Notes under the pieces: generated by a model
Seen by the model: the letters and a program-made list of their open reading frames with translations, nothing else
The model's database searches: none
Told to the model about the DNA's origin: nothing
Position numbers and translations under genes: made by a program
Part shown: positions 1 through 14,600 of the stretch, piece by piece
Position numbering within the stretch: position 1 is the stretch's first letter
Layout: every line of letters begins with the position of its first letter
DNA from: Raillietiella orientalis
Lineage: Eukaryota
Direction: 5' to 3'
DNA: 64,000 nucleotides
Assembly (NCBI GenBank): GCA_036172245.1
Contig: JAYWIR010000035.1
Coordinates: forward strand, 434,001-498,000

Positions 1-607
1 TCATTCTCAGTGACTCAATCTGCGCTTTCCCGCTTGCAAAACCTCTAAATAACTGATGACGGTCAGAAATCTGCTTTTCAAAAAAAGAAAAATCAGGTCT
101 CCTTACGCGAGAGTGAAGTGTGACGGAAAGGGGAGAAATTCGTCTGCCGATCAAATTTCCATGGTAATGTCTTTGAACGTAGCACCTCGACAAGGAATCG
201 CATCCCCTTGTGGGTGAGGCATTAGAGAAATACGGATGTGGAAGAAGCAGCAGCAGCAGAAAAGAGCAAGCATTTAGGTGAGATCTGAGATTACCGGTTA
301 GCCCACAAGGAATCAGGTGGATTTCGGCAGGCTCAAACGGATGGGAATGGTGAAAATGACGTAGCCTCAAGTCTTTTGTGAAGATGTATTGAGAATCATC
401 GTACAAGAGTGAACTGCTTTTTTTAATTATAAATGAGCACCAGCGTGCTCTGGCATCGCAACAGGCATTTCAGTGTTTTCTTGAAAATGAAATCCAGCAG
501 AAATCCATTCAGAAAATGCTTTGCTCGAGTGGACAGTGTTTATTCAGCACGTGACTATGCTTGAAATCAAACGAGTAACGTTACTGCAATGGCATCTGCT
601 ACTAAAT

Positions 608-1339
608 TCACAAGGGTTGACGTCCACTAAAATGGCGAAAATCGAAGGCTGTGATGTCGCAATCTGCATCTCGGATTTGATTTACATTACTCGATTGCGA
701 CTGAGCTGACCACCGTCGGTATCTACGTAATTTAAGAAGTCGTTGTGATCCACTCTTCGCTTCTTTTTCTCTTTTTAAACGACACTTGGTGCTGTCTTGA
801 AAGCCAATCCTATGTCTATTCTTTAACTTACAACCCGATTTGTCATCCCTTAGAACATTCCAGCCGATGAAATTATCGGAAAAGTGCAGCGCGAAACGGA
901 CAATACATAGAAAGAAGAGCATGGGCAAACTTTCAAACCAAGTGGTTTTTTCAAACGCAGCTGAGTAGGCTGTTTTGAACGGCTTTCTGTACAGTACTGT
1001 TCCCTGGACGCATACCCTGTGGCACCACGTGATCACGTCGTATTGGTAATCCGTTCTTCTGCAAGCTCCTTGCATTGTTCCTCTTCGGAATGGACCTCTC
1101 CTCTCCTGACCCTCTTGAGCAGAAAGCTCGCAGAATGTCAAATGTGTCGTTCGTAACCTGGCAGGGATGCTTGAAATTCTGCTCCTCACTTCTATCACAC
1201 AACTCTCCTTCAAAAGCTCGCCTTCAGCTGTCTCGAAGAGTGAACGCTGAAGGGTTTTCTTTTGTAACAGCGAAGCTGGGATGGAAATCCAACCACTCAT
1301 TTTGCATCGGAATCTGGAGAACTGGCGCGGTTCTTTCAT
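608..1339 (-). mobile_element. Decayed non-LTR retrotransposon (L1/Tx1-like) reverse-transcriptase relic in an OATP intron
   Basis: The ORF has eroded RT motifs in the expected order: SLLQKKTLQRS (~LDQEKAFDRV), PFRRGTMQGA (~RGVRQGCP), AYSAAFE (~YADD region), FIGWNVLRDDKS (~SG..N.DKS). Recognised by eye only. Confidence 0.45.
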
Positions 1340-2611
1340 TTACGTACTGATCAAGAAACATCATGCTGAAACAAGGTTAAAACACCAGAAGTACTGTGTC
1401 TAGCAATGACTGCAAGAGACCAGAGACCCTCACAGAGGAATTTCGAGTTTTCATGCCTTTTTTGCTTTGAAGATGACCATCTTAACCAATCGAGGTCACC
1501 AACACTGGAAACCAATAATTGCCAGAATGAAAAATAAAAATGGAGATGACCTGCTGGAAATCGTGATGTATGATGTTCTAAATTGCAAAGAAAAAAAAAA
1601 ATCCAGCATTTCCAATTATTTGTGTATTCACAAGAATGGTTTTTGTTGGCATAAAATGATGAGAGTCTGTAATCAGCAGTTCTTGAGAACACAAACAGAA
1701 CTTCTCTTCCTACTTGTTTCCGCGTTTCATAAATGAATTCAAACATCATCATTGCTGGAAAGTTTTGTCTGCTTTATTTGCATTAAGCCTTCCTCGAACT
1801 TCTTTCTGCTATTCAAGAGTGCATTCGATTTGGGATGCTGCACCGGAGCTTCACACTGATGATGAATGCAATGAAAAAAGGTGAAGTTGAATCGGATCTC
1901 CAGTCAACGAATCGTCAGCTTGAGGATCCTTTCGGAAAAATTCGTGCAATCCGATAGACAAAAATGAAACAATTTTTTAACATGCAGAGCTAACTCTGGT
2001 CCAGAGAGCGAAAGAAACGGTGGGCGCGCAAATATCTGATGGGAAAGTGTGACGGGAATCCAGGATGGAGGCATTTCCATTAAGCACTGCAGTATCGGAT
2101 GAGCGCAGAGCTTAATTTATTTATAATGTCAGGTGCCAATGCAATGGTTCTTTCTTAGTAAATAGAGCAGAGGTCAACGGAGACCACCTTTCGGATGGAT
2201 GTTCCTCACGCTAATTTTTTCGCAATTTCCGTTCGAACTTTGTGGAATGAATCCTGTAGACAGGAGGGCTGGAATTTAGAAACCCGCCACTGGAAACTCC
2301 AGTTTGCCTTTAGGTTGTCGACGCGCTTCTAATACTGAATTTTTATGCATTCGTTTAATGAAACTACGAAGCGAAAACAGGGCACCTTGCATTTCACTTC
2401 CTACACAATTGAAACCAAAGAGGAATGGTACGGAAGAACCATTTCAAAGGAAATCTGCGTGTTCTAAGTGATGCTTGTGATGGGTGGTGATATCCCGAAG
2501 AGAGTCGCAGTTTGTGTTTCGGTGTTCCGAATGTCTTCAAGAATTAAATAATGATTAATATTTTGAATACTTTATTGTAGTTTTGCATCCAGTAACTATA
2601 CTTTCTGTCAG

Positions 2612-5600
2612 CAATCACTTCTGGAGTTCGGATTTTGGGACCCATGTTCGGATTTTATTTAGGATCCTTCTGCATCAAATTATATCACTTCCCATGGGAG
2701 AACCCTGGATTAAAGCCGAGCGACCCAGAATGGATTGGTGGCTGGTGGCTAGGTTGGTGTCCAACTCCCACCTTTCGCTTTTTTCAGATTCATATTTAGA
2801 ACTTCGAAATTATCCCATCTTTAGATGAATTTTACAGTCAAGTAAACACTGTTCAGTTTTTCAAATCTCCCAGCATCCGATTTTTTTTTTGAAACATCCT
2901 TAAAAGATGAAGTTCGTCAATTGGTGTATTTTCCCTAACGTATTCGTATCTTCTCACAACTGTCCTTTCCAGGTTTTGTGTTCATTAGCTGCTGTCTGTT
3001 AGTGCCTTCACTGGCCATGTTTTTTTTCCCCGCTACGTTTCTTCCTGAGAATGTGCTCCATAAAGAGGCGCTTGTGCAGAAGCCACAATCTCCTAGCCTC
3101 AAAGGTTTGTTCACTTTTTTCGTTAGTGCGTGGTGGCGACGTGACAGATGACGCGAAGTTTCCAGTTCCGTGTCTTAAAAACATCTTTCGTCGATGGTCG
3201 TCCTGAGAATTAAGAACCGTTCTTCCGCATGAAAGCCGATTCCCATCGTAGTCCAGGATTCAATAACCGCCTCCTGCAGACACATTCACCGGATGCTGTC
3301 ATCTCTGAACGCACATCATTTGAAAAATGGTTGCCACTCAGAAGTAGAATTGCACTTTCTTTTCTTACTAGTACGTATCTGGGAAAGCCACCGTCTTCTC
3401 CAGCCAATTCTGCACGCGCGGTTATCGAATCTTTGATGGGTGTGGTAGTCCATGCTCTCCCCCCCTCTCTGTCTGTCTGTTGCGAACATTCTCTCTCAGT
3501 GCTCAGCTGGGAAAGAAAGCACCTAAGAGATGCCAAAAAGTCCGAAGTTGCCTCGATCGCCTTCCTTCCTGCCTCCTCCCCACCCCATCCCTTCTTCCCT
3601 TCCGAAACGAACAAATTGAAACAGCTTTTCCCTTTCGATTCCCACATCCTCACGTCAAGAAGTTCTGATTATGCCTCTCGCTTGGGAAGTGGAGAGAGAT
3701 CACCTGTTGTATTCCCGACTTCGTATAGTGATGATGCCCTGCTGTGAGTAAGACGCTTCCGGTCATGAACTTTCCTGACTTTGCGGATGACTTAAAACGT
3801 GCATTTTTGGCTTTTTGGCTTTGACTTTTTTACCTTCCGCTGTTGTTTTCTCCAAAGTAATGTCGCCCCATCATCATCGTCATCGCCACATCCTTGAATT
3901 TCTCGGAAAAGCAATGAATGAACCCTAATCAATGAACAAAACTTTCATCTAAGGTATCGTTAAAACAGCTAGCTTACATACGCATAAATAAGAGATTCAA
4001 AAATTATTTGAAAGGACTCTAAAGGACTTCCATCGAGCACTGAAGTTTTGTTTGCCCCATTCCATGATTTCTTGTGATGAGGATTTATTTATTTTTATTA
4101 TCATTCTTATTATTTTATCAGTTGCTTGCAGTTCTTATAGAAATTTTCACCGGCTGAGCATAGCAGGCTGCTCCGTGAGAGTAAATCGCATGTTATAGTG
4201 AAAGAGACTCTCTCTGGAAAAAATATCTTTATTTAGAAAGATCCAGTGCATGGAATTAAGGGAGGAAAGTGTATTACCATAATGAGAATTAATCAGATTC
4301 AAACATGAATCGGGAAGAAAGACTGATGACTCACTTCCCGATTCGTGTTTCAATCTTTCAGAAAGTCTTCCGTCTCCCTTGGAATCTCATATTGTATACT
4401 TTATCTTCACCTCGTGATTGTTATGATGCTGAATTTTTTTTTCCCTCTAAATCCATGATCCTCACTAAACTCCGACATGGAACTCCATGGTGCACGCTGC
4501 AGGCGTCCGGGAATATGTAGCTGCATAAGAGGCATACATAATGCGAATCGAAATCACATTCTTATTGCATCACTTGGCCGACATAGCAGAAGACGTCGAA
4601 TGGCAAACTGAACAAAGCTGATCCAGTTTGTGGTGATGCCGAGGACACCTTAAGCGGTGATCTCGCTACCTGCTCCTCAGCCAAGAACACAGCTCGTCTT
4701 GATGGGCAGCTCAACTTGGGACTTCGTGAATGAGAGCCGTGGAATTACAGATGATTATGAGAGTCTTCTAGGCAAAAAGGAAGGTTCGGGTTTGTGGTTT
4801 TGCATAAGCTCATACGTGAAAGCACCGGAATCGGATTTTGCTGATCGTGTTCTTCGTGGGGACTCAACAGAACCAGACCAGAATAACAAAGTTTTGAGAA
4901 ACACCTACGGCTACTTTTGACAAGGCTTTCGGCATGTGAATCCAGACAAAGACCGAAAAGGCATGTAGAAATCAGACAGTGCGTTACGAGGATTGCGGAA
5001 ATATTGCCAGTTACTGACCTACCTAGTTTTCTGGAAACCTTCAAGACCCCATTCTTCAAAAACTCTGTGTCCTGACATTTTTCGTATGGTCATCTCATGA
5101 ACGATGAATTGCAATTACGGCAATGGAAATCCATGTAACCAAATTTTGAAGGGAATCACGGGAAGACGTGAAAAATGTAAGAAAAAGGTTTTTGTGCAAC
5201 TCTTCCAATGACATGCATTTTCAAAAACCAGGACCCCGTGTAGCTAATCATGCACTGTCTCTGATTGCTGATGGAGCTGCTCAAAGGCATCTTCCGGTAT
5301 TCAGCAGCTGTCAATTTTTCACCAATTTTATTAGAGAAAATTTTAATGCGGTATAGCTTTCTCAAGGAGGGGTCAGCAGCTCGTTGCTTTGTGCTTTGAC
5401 CGCTTGCTGTCTTCTTCCGAAACGCACTTCCTTTGCCCCTTAAGTGACCAGCTTGTAATTTGCTCCAGTGTTGTAGCTGTCTGCTGGCAACTCCGAGACC
5501 TTTTTATTTTTTCTTTCGAAAATGCAATTGGCATTCAGAAAAGCCTTCGAAGTGAACTCTATTCTGAGTGGGTCTCTTGATTTCGTTCCTGATTTTAATG

Positions 5601-8600
5601 TCTTTATAAGGAGTGGGCTGCTCGGACTCGGAATCGGGAATCCGAACCGCCTTGTAGGCTGGCAGCAGCCTCCGTTGCACTTCTGAAAAGCGAACGTATG
5701 GGCTGAGCAGCCGCGAAATGCGGCGGAAGATGGAAAAATTCTCCGAATTCGGGAAAACCCAATCATCACGCGGTTGCGTGTGCCGCGGTGTGCTTTCCGA
5801 GTAGCAACTCGTTCCCGCGGTGCCTTCGAGATCTTAAGAAGGAACTCTGATGGGATCGAACTTCTGATTTCCATTTCAAGTAAAGACTCAGTCCCACAGC
5901 CGGTAATAGAACTGAGCGCAATTACTTCTGACCTCAAGTCCTTTGGGTAATCGGTGAAAAAAAAAAAAAACATCTTTTAACACTGCTTGCACTTTCACGT
6001 AGTCTGCAATATCCAACTCTTCGATGGCTTCTTTTGTAACTGATGTCAGATTTGTAGTCAAAGTCACTTCCTCAGATCACTACCATTAAGGTGTTCTATT
6101 GCCAGGTAATCTCTTAGAGAATAGAGCGAAAAAGAATGAAATCCATGCAAAGGTTCAGTACTATTCGTCCGCATGTCTGAGCGTCTATTCAGACAACTGC
6201 AGAGTCGCTGTCGCGAGAATACCTCGTCGATGCTCGTCACGAAATTCACCTTTGCTTTTCCTTTTTAGAGCTCCCACAGACATTACGATCGCTTCTTCAC
6301 AACGATTTTCTCGTGCTAAGGATGGTCAGCAGTGTGTTGCATATCATACCTATAGCTGGCTTCTACACTTTTCTGCCAAAATACTTGGAAGCGCAGTTTC
6401 ACGTCGCAACTCACGTCGTCAGTTTCATAGCAGGTACGAGAGCACAGAATTGATTCACCATCTGCATCCGTTCGAAGCCTTTGCGGCAGCATTTGAAAGG
6501 TACGACAGCATGCAACTGATTCACCATCTGCATCCGCTTGCCTTGCCTTTGCGGAAGCCTTTAAAAAATGTCTCTAATCCATTGGTCCAAGTCAAGGCTT
6601 TTTATCCTCTCAGTGCCTTTGCCTACAACAATTTTGCTCAGAACTTTTAGATTCTTGCAATGTTTTCCACCTTTGGCTTTTTTTTTTTTTTTTAATTTGA
6701 AAAAAGCAGCGAAAGATCGTAAGAGTGCTGCGCCTATCGATGCGGATCGTGTAAGCACTCTTCCTGAAGAGCGGAAAGAACTCCTTGCTTCATTTTCTCC
6801 TATTTGTAAGATCCTTTGGTCACCCTGTTAGGAATCTGGAGAAGTGTCAGTCGTTCGACGAACCGACTGAAAACTTTTTTTTAACAACCGTCGGGACGAA
6901 GAGCCGACGTGGACAAGGGATTGGTGACGGGAAACTGATGGGTTGATTCCTCGGTTCCCAGAGTTCGATTTTGCGGATCGCCCGCTCCCAAGTGGTCTCC
7001 CGGAATTGCAAATGTTTTGGAAGCTTTGATGAGCACGATGATGAAGTGCGCTCCTCCGAGTCCGGGTTGACGTAGCGTCTGAACTGAGTTGGGTTCCGCG
7101 ACTGCATCATGAGCAGGGGACTGCGAACTGAGCTGTCGGAATGTGGCTCACAAGAGTGCTTCTTCGCACCTTCGGACCTGCATCAAGAGGAAAGCTCAAC
7201 GCTTGGGAGCCTGCGTTTCGTAACGGAAGTAAACGGAAGAAGATTCGAGTTTGTGATTCCAGGTTCGCCTGGAGCACTCCTCCCACAAGTCACCTACGAT
7301 GAATCTTGGAGAAACTTGTCACGCTTGTGCACAGTACGAGTTTTCCTTGGAGGAGTGGGAGGGGGGAGAAGAAGAAAAAAGAATACAAAGGACGGTGGAA
7401 GACTTTGCAAGGAAAGCATGCGCGAAAATTGTGGGCAGCTGAAGATAAAATCGAGTTTCCTGTGAGGATTCGAAGCAGGCAGTAGAGAAGAACGGGCAAG
7501 GAAGCATAGGAGAGTATCCCATACTTTGGAGCGAGGGACGATTTCAGGAGCGCCCACATACCTCTGTAGTCTCCAGGAGAGGATTGCAGATCGCTAGTAG
7601 GCTCGTAGATTCGTGCAGCGCCGACAAGAGGGTTCTGCGTGAGATGCAAGCTGAGAGAAGTCGGACCCAAAGAGAAAAGTAGTATTCTGGAATGAAACAG
7701 CACTGCTGGCAGGTTTCTTAGACGGGACTCTTCAGATAGATTTCGCAAGCTGAACCAATCTTGGTTAAAGAAGTTGCAGATAAAATAACCAACAGGTAGG
7801 GAGCAGTGCCGGTACATCGCCTTCGAAGAGACAGAAAGCTCAATGACAGTCTTCCGTATGAACCACACGGTCGGCTCTGCCTTTGTGATGGAGATACCTC
7901 GAAAAAAACTTGAGAACGCTTCGCAGGCACCTGAAATTCCATCATCTCCCCATGGTACCTGTTGCCACGCTGCCTGAGTCTCTACTTCAGATAGCGTGAG
8001 GACATCACGTCTTCGGGAATTTTTCGCACCTGCGCGGGATGTAACCTGGAGTCCTCGAATTGCCGCACGGCTGGAGCCCCACTGCCCGTAATCTGATGCC
8101 CAGCACTCTCAGTGGTGGAAGAAATCGAGGAGGATTAGCAAAAACTTCTGGCACGCGTTTCCAAGTCCTTCCTTCCGGTAGAGAACTAATTGCTCCCTCC
8201 TCGAGAGCGCATGGTCGGATGGAAGCACCGGCTTGAGCTGATTCGGAAACCTGAAAGAATGCGTGCTTTCTGGTACATTAGGTGAGCGTTCCTCATCGTC
8301 CTGCTGCAGGGTGGCTTGATACCATCAGAGCAGCAGCACCTCTGTTTTGTGCACTTGAGCATGCTTTTAATGAATGCTGCCTAGATCAGATAAGAGCATT
8401 CCTTGAGTGATTGAATTGAAATTGAAACGCGAGGACATGTAGAAAATTCCACAGTCTGCGCCTACGATAGATTTTTCTAAATAATACATACATGAGGAAA
8501 CGGTGTTCTTATCTGTCTTGCAACAGCGTCTTGTGATCCCTCACCTGTTTGATACCGATCAAACATCGAGCTGAGGACTGACTCTCGTTGATGGTTGCTT

Positions 8601-11600
8601 AGTTGCTGAGTCGCGCTGCCACGAATGCCACTTAATTCACCGGATATTCTAGAAATAAGAAAGATGGCGAAGTGATTCGAGATTTTGAAGATGATGATAG
8701 TAAAAATGAGTCTGTTTATTGGAGAAGACTCATTCGTGATGAAGAAGGAAGCAGGGAAAGGTATCGAGTGGAAGGATTGAGGTTGTCCGACTTGCTGTGG
8801 TGCTTGCTTCAGTACTCACTCTTGGAAATGAGGAAGAGGAACAGAGGATCTTCGAAGCTTCCAAGCACGACATTTGGAGAGCAATTCTGCGGATGTCCGT
8901 GAAGATGACATTCTCGTGGGCAAAGAATGCAGTCCAATCAGACATCAGGAAGGAGGTCAAATCGACTTCGCAACACTTCAATGATATGAGCAAAAGCAAG
9001 CTTTTAGAATATCTAAGGATTAGGATACAAAGCACATATGTCCGGTTCCAGTGCCGTTCACTTCACCGGTCTTATTGGATGGTTTTTCTGGAACTCACCT
9101 CTCCATATTTTTAAAAGATTCTTGTGTTGCGCTGTCCATCCCTTCCGTCCTTCTATTTCTGATTTCTCCTCATAAACAGCGATAACACCAATGGGGGGAA
9201 AATCGTTCCCTACTCGACAGTTTTCAGATTCGAGCAGCTTCCATGAATTTAACTCTCAGTGTGTCCCTTGTGAAACAGCAGTTTGTCTGGAAACAATTTT
9301 CAGTATTTTTCGGAGGAACGCCCGTGAAGAAACAAGTGTATTTGTCCCTCTTGAACTCGATACGCGGTATTCGTGAAAGACAGGAGGTCAGCATTCCTAA
9401 GCACGTATGGTCAGCCCTGCTCTCTGAGAAATTTTCGGGTTCGAATTTTGTTCCCTGTATCTAAAAAAGTACCCGCCTTTAAATCAGTGAGGGTGAACAG
9501 GAAGCCGGTCGCAGCTTCCTCACAGATTCTCCAGAAACAGGATCATTCTCCAATTCGCAGCTGAAATCTGATCCGGAGCCAATGTCTGTTTGGAATTTGC
9601 GCATAGTTTTCTTTCTTTTAGTGATTCGAAACACGGAAGATATTTATGAGGAAACACTCAGGAATGCAAAATAAGCAATTTTTATCATTATTATTATTAT
9701 TATTATTATCCCCCCCCTTCCCCCCCAGTAATCCTGGCTGCTTTGTGCCTTTGTTGCCATCTTGCGGATTTCCCAGAAACGCTAATTTCCGCACTTCTGC
9801 GTCTCTTCAAATAACACTTGAGCCCATTCACAGGGCAAAAGGGTAGGGAGGGAACCGAGTATCCGCTGGAGATGCACTGCAAGGCGAAGTCCATCGCACG
9901 CGATTCGTTTTCTTCTTGCTTTGTTTTCACGTGCTGGCATTCTGTGTCAAGTCACCTTGAGGAGGGCATGCACCGGCCATCGCAGCCACAACCAGTCTCC
10001 TTCCTCCATGGCTCCGTAAAAACCGTAAAATGCGTTCAGAGCTTCACGTTGATCTTTGAGGCCGACCTGAATCGGCGAAAACGGAGTGCCCAGATGGAAC
10101 GTGAACTTTCGAATTCGCCTCTTTTTTTTTTTTCATGTAAGAGGTTGCAGCGGATGCGATACCCCTTACAGATCGTGACTTGCTTCGAGTACAATTCCAA
10201 ATGTTCGTACACAAAATTCCATGTACACGGGAGTTACTACTTCCTTCCCTTTAAGATTCGTACCCGCTATAGTGCTGAGGCCGCACTTGTGCGCCGACGT
10301 ACACTATGCAAAAGATGTATTCCTGACGTGCCCTCTGGTGATGTCGTGGCACCTGAAAGGATGCACGTTCGGAGGACTCTGAATCCAAAAACGAGAATTT
10401 CAAGATTCAAGAAAATTGCAAATTCGCGACCACGTCCTGGAGCATTCCAGGACGCAGTACTCCATTTTAAAAACCGGTAGGAATGTGAAGGCGGCGAACA
10501 CAGGACACGCCAGCATAGTCAGTCGCAACGGTGTCACGTGAAGTTGAGGTAAAGAAAAAAAATCGAGGGAACAGGAATGCAGAAGAGGTGAAAATGGTTG
10601 GCGTCCGTTTTGATCTCGGGAAGTATTCAGGATTGGAAAAGAAGGGAGGAGTCTTCTCTGATAGTCATTCGGATGGAGAGGCGGTCCCTAGAACAATCAT
10701 GGGAGGAAGATCTCGTGCTTGCACTCAAGTGACCTCTGATCGCACGTGTGAGACGTGTGCCCGGGGTTCTATTTGCTTCGAGGAGAGCGCTCGTCTCTCA
10801 AGAGCGTAGCTTTTTTTTCTTTTTCTTGTTCTTTGTTGCAAGACGGTTTCTGCAGCGTAGAGGAAAATTTCTCGGAGGATGAGAAGATGCCCCCATAAAA
10901 GGCACACCACAGGGTATCACTCAGTCCTCGTCTGCTGCGGCGTCAGGAGTGAGTGGCTAGTCGTGAGACGGGGTCTCGAAAAGAACAGTTGGTCTACGCT
11001 GCACTTGCTCGAAGGGACCAACATCAATAGATATCTTTGAAGTTTATGGCAACACATGTACCTCCCAGGGTGAAAACTGAGACAAGAACATTATTTTCTT
11101 TCAGAGCAAAAACGCCAAACCCCTTTCTAAGAATCCCATTCCAAAGTAAATCTTTTTTTCATGTGTCTCAAGGAACCTCAGTAGGTTATGTCCGGTGAGC
11201 TTATGCAACTCATTGCTTTTCTTTTTTCCTCTTTCGGGGAAGGGACTTTTTCTTTCTCTTTCGAGAAATTTCCTACTTCTTATTCTTGACTCGTTCTTCA
11301 TGGTAGCACGCAAAGGAACAAATCCGATCCTCCTGAGAAGTACGAAATTTGCATTGCATCCCACATGCTTTAACAGAACGCTGCACTTTGCAATGCAACT
11401 GGCAAGCAGGGCTTGCAGCCAGTCCCAGATGTTGCAGCTTGCAGTTCCAGTCGGATCTCTTAGCCATGTGTTCGAGGAGCTCAGAGTATTTCGAAAGGAA
11501 AGTGTCTTTTTAAAAGGGAGACCTCAATTCTTTTCTTAGTCCTTTCCCCGAATCTTTTCGGATGGCTGCATGTGCAGAGTACCATACGTCTGGATCGCCA

Positions 11601-14600
11601 TCTTTTCTCGTCGTCTCTTTGCTTGGCTAGTACGTCGTGAAGAATGCGCACGACTACTCTATGCCTTGGACTTGAAACTGTAGTCCACTGCTCACGTCCC
11701 ATTTTCCCCCCGTAATTCCTGATTACCTCCTTGTCCAACGGAGAACAAAGAGACCTTCATTACGCAAAAATCCCTCTCTACCATTGCAAGAAACCCACTG
11801 GGATGCCAACATTTCAACCACAGTTCCGGAAAGACAAAAGACGAATTAACATTCAGTCAAATGTTCCGTCCTTCTAGAAGCTGTCTTTTCTGAGCAAATT
11901 TTTTAATATCATGGAATTCCTATCTTCTGAGTGCATTACTGAATGTAATTTCCGGGGAGGTGTGAACAGTACAGACAGTTAATCGTGAAGCGTCTATACT
12001 ATTCAGTGCGTAAAGAATGACCGGTGAAAAATCGCTGAGAGGAGTTACAGAGATTATTTATTCAATAAGGGTCAGTTTCTCAGGAAGAAAAGTGCTTGGA
12101 ATTCGAATACCACAAAGTTTTACTTTTCAATCTCGACGTTTAGTTCCAAATGGCTTCAAACAAGTTGCAGCGTTCTCGACGATTTCTGAAAAGAAGTCGT
12201 CAGGAACGCTTGGAGCAAGGGATTGATGAATCAACTGGATGAATGCACTTAGGACGAAAATTTCCTACGGAGAGTTTTGGCTCACTCTGAAATTCCTCGT
12301 TTCTGGCTGCATTGAGCACGATAGCAATAACGTTGCTGTCCATCGATTTCAAACAGGTAGATCTCAGAGTCACAAGAGAGCATTCCCTTCATTTCTTTGA
12401 GGCGCCTACGTAAGCACACTGCTTGCATGCTTTATGAAAGAGCTTACGTTGAGACCATGAGCTCTGAGGTGACAGCTGTTGTGTACTGACATTTACGCCT
12501 CTGTCTAGAAGTCTTACTTTGGAGATGCTTTGCAATTCAGTTCCATATATTCCATTCTTTTATTTCGGAGTTGTGTGAAACAGCACGAAAAGAGTATCGC
12601 ATTCGCCTTTATGTGCATCCCAAGTGTGTGCTTCAGTACTTCCGGGATTACATTTCGATGGACTTGAGCCTTGTACTCGATTTTAAGTTTTCTGCTTTTC
12701 CAACGTACAAAACTTTATCCTTATCTCCTATCATCTGATACACGCCCACTCCCGCAACTGTTCACAATGCACGACTGTCAAGACATACCACGTTTCTAAG
12801 AGCGAACAGCTTATACTAACAGGTAATATCAGTCTTCTTCAGGATCATTTGTTGGAAAGTGACTTCGCTCTTGTCATTAATCAAATCAAGCTATGGAAGG
12901 GATTTGAACGACTTTAGTTAATTAGTTCGTCCCGTAAGACTTTTCAGAAGTCCGTTCGGAATGGCATATTGATCTGCCTTTACAGAAATACCGAAAGATT
13001 CTCTTTTTTTAGCCAGAATGCAAGCAGTAACGGCTGTTCTGTTTTGGTTTTTTTTAACAGGAAATTTTTTGCCACAGAAGTCATTATCATTGATACGAGG
13101 AAAACAAATTTGCTCATTTGCTCAACATGACGTGACGCGACATTGTATTGAATCATTCGGCAATGTAGTGTTAATACAGACACAACCTTCTTAATACTGA
13201 GGATCATAAACTGCATCCTACAATCTATGTGTTCCATAAAGAGTCGCTCTTTTTTTTTTTTTTCCTAACCCTTCTCCAGAACAAATGCATTCAAATGCAA
13301 TAATTTCAAAGCAGAAAGCATTTGTGTTTGTCGTAGTTCGTGAGTGCGTGGCTGGAGCACCTAAAAGAGCAAAGCAGATATAATGCGAGGAAACTTGCTG
13401 TGGAAGGAAAGCAATTCTCAGTGTTAAAAGCATTTTACAATTCGTTCTTTCGATTGGAATCTTATCAAACTCATTGAGATAACAGTGTGCTCTTAATAAA
13501 GACATCAGGAGTTGCGATTTTTGACCCATAACCTTTAATCTGGAAACTCAAATATTGCTACCACTCAAATATCCCCATCACTTAACAGCTTTTAATTTGC
13601 TGGCATTCTAAATATGAGAGCCAAAACATTCTCAATTTGAAATCTGTGCTATCAGCATGTTTTTACGAATTCTAGGCACTGCAGGCATGCTTGTCATGGG
13701 AGTAGGAACATTGCTAAGTGGAATATGCATACGGTGTTATTTACCTAATGCAGAAACTATAGCGGCATGGACTGTTATAGTGTCATTCCTTCATTCCATG
13801 GGAATGATGATTTTGATCTTCATCGGTTGTCATCGAACTTACATTCTTGGTATCTCCGACGGAATGAAGTGAGCTTGCTAAGAAGTTTAGTTATTCGCAT
13901 TAACTGCTACAAATGCATCTTATTCTTTTAGACACGAGGTGACAATTAATCCTGTGTGTGATACCAATTGCCCATGTGACAAACAGTATATGCCTGTATG
14001 TGGTTCCGACGGTTTATCCTATTACTCTCCATGCATAGCAGCATGCCACAGTCAGTATTATAATGAGACGCCTGGCAATAACCAGCCAGCGATGGTAAGC
14101 TCCTGAATTTTCAGTCTTCAGTACTTACTTATTCCAGTTCGCAGACTGTGATTGCATTGATGGTAAGGGAACGGCTACCGAGGGACCCTGTCATGTCCCT
14201 TGCAATACTTTCATGTGGTATCTACTTGTTTTCTCTTTATCCGTTTTTATCCATTCCACTACGGAGGTTGGTTCCCTTATGCTGACACTCCGTTGCGTTG
14301 ATAGCAAAGATAAAACTATGGTAATGGGCTTAATATCCGCAGCTATTGGTCTTTTCGGTAACACATCTTCATTAATTATATGCATTATTGCTTTTAAATA
14401 GGTAATGCTCCTTGTGCAGTCATATACGGTAGTATCATCGATCAAAGTTGCTTGGTATGGGATAATATCTGCAACAGCATAGGAGCATGCAAATTGTATA
14501 ATGCAGACCTGTTTCGACAAGTGTTTCATGGTAATTACCGGGTTCTTTGGAGTCTTACTTTGATGTTCCCAGGTACGAGCGCTGCTTTAATGTTGGTAGC

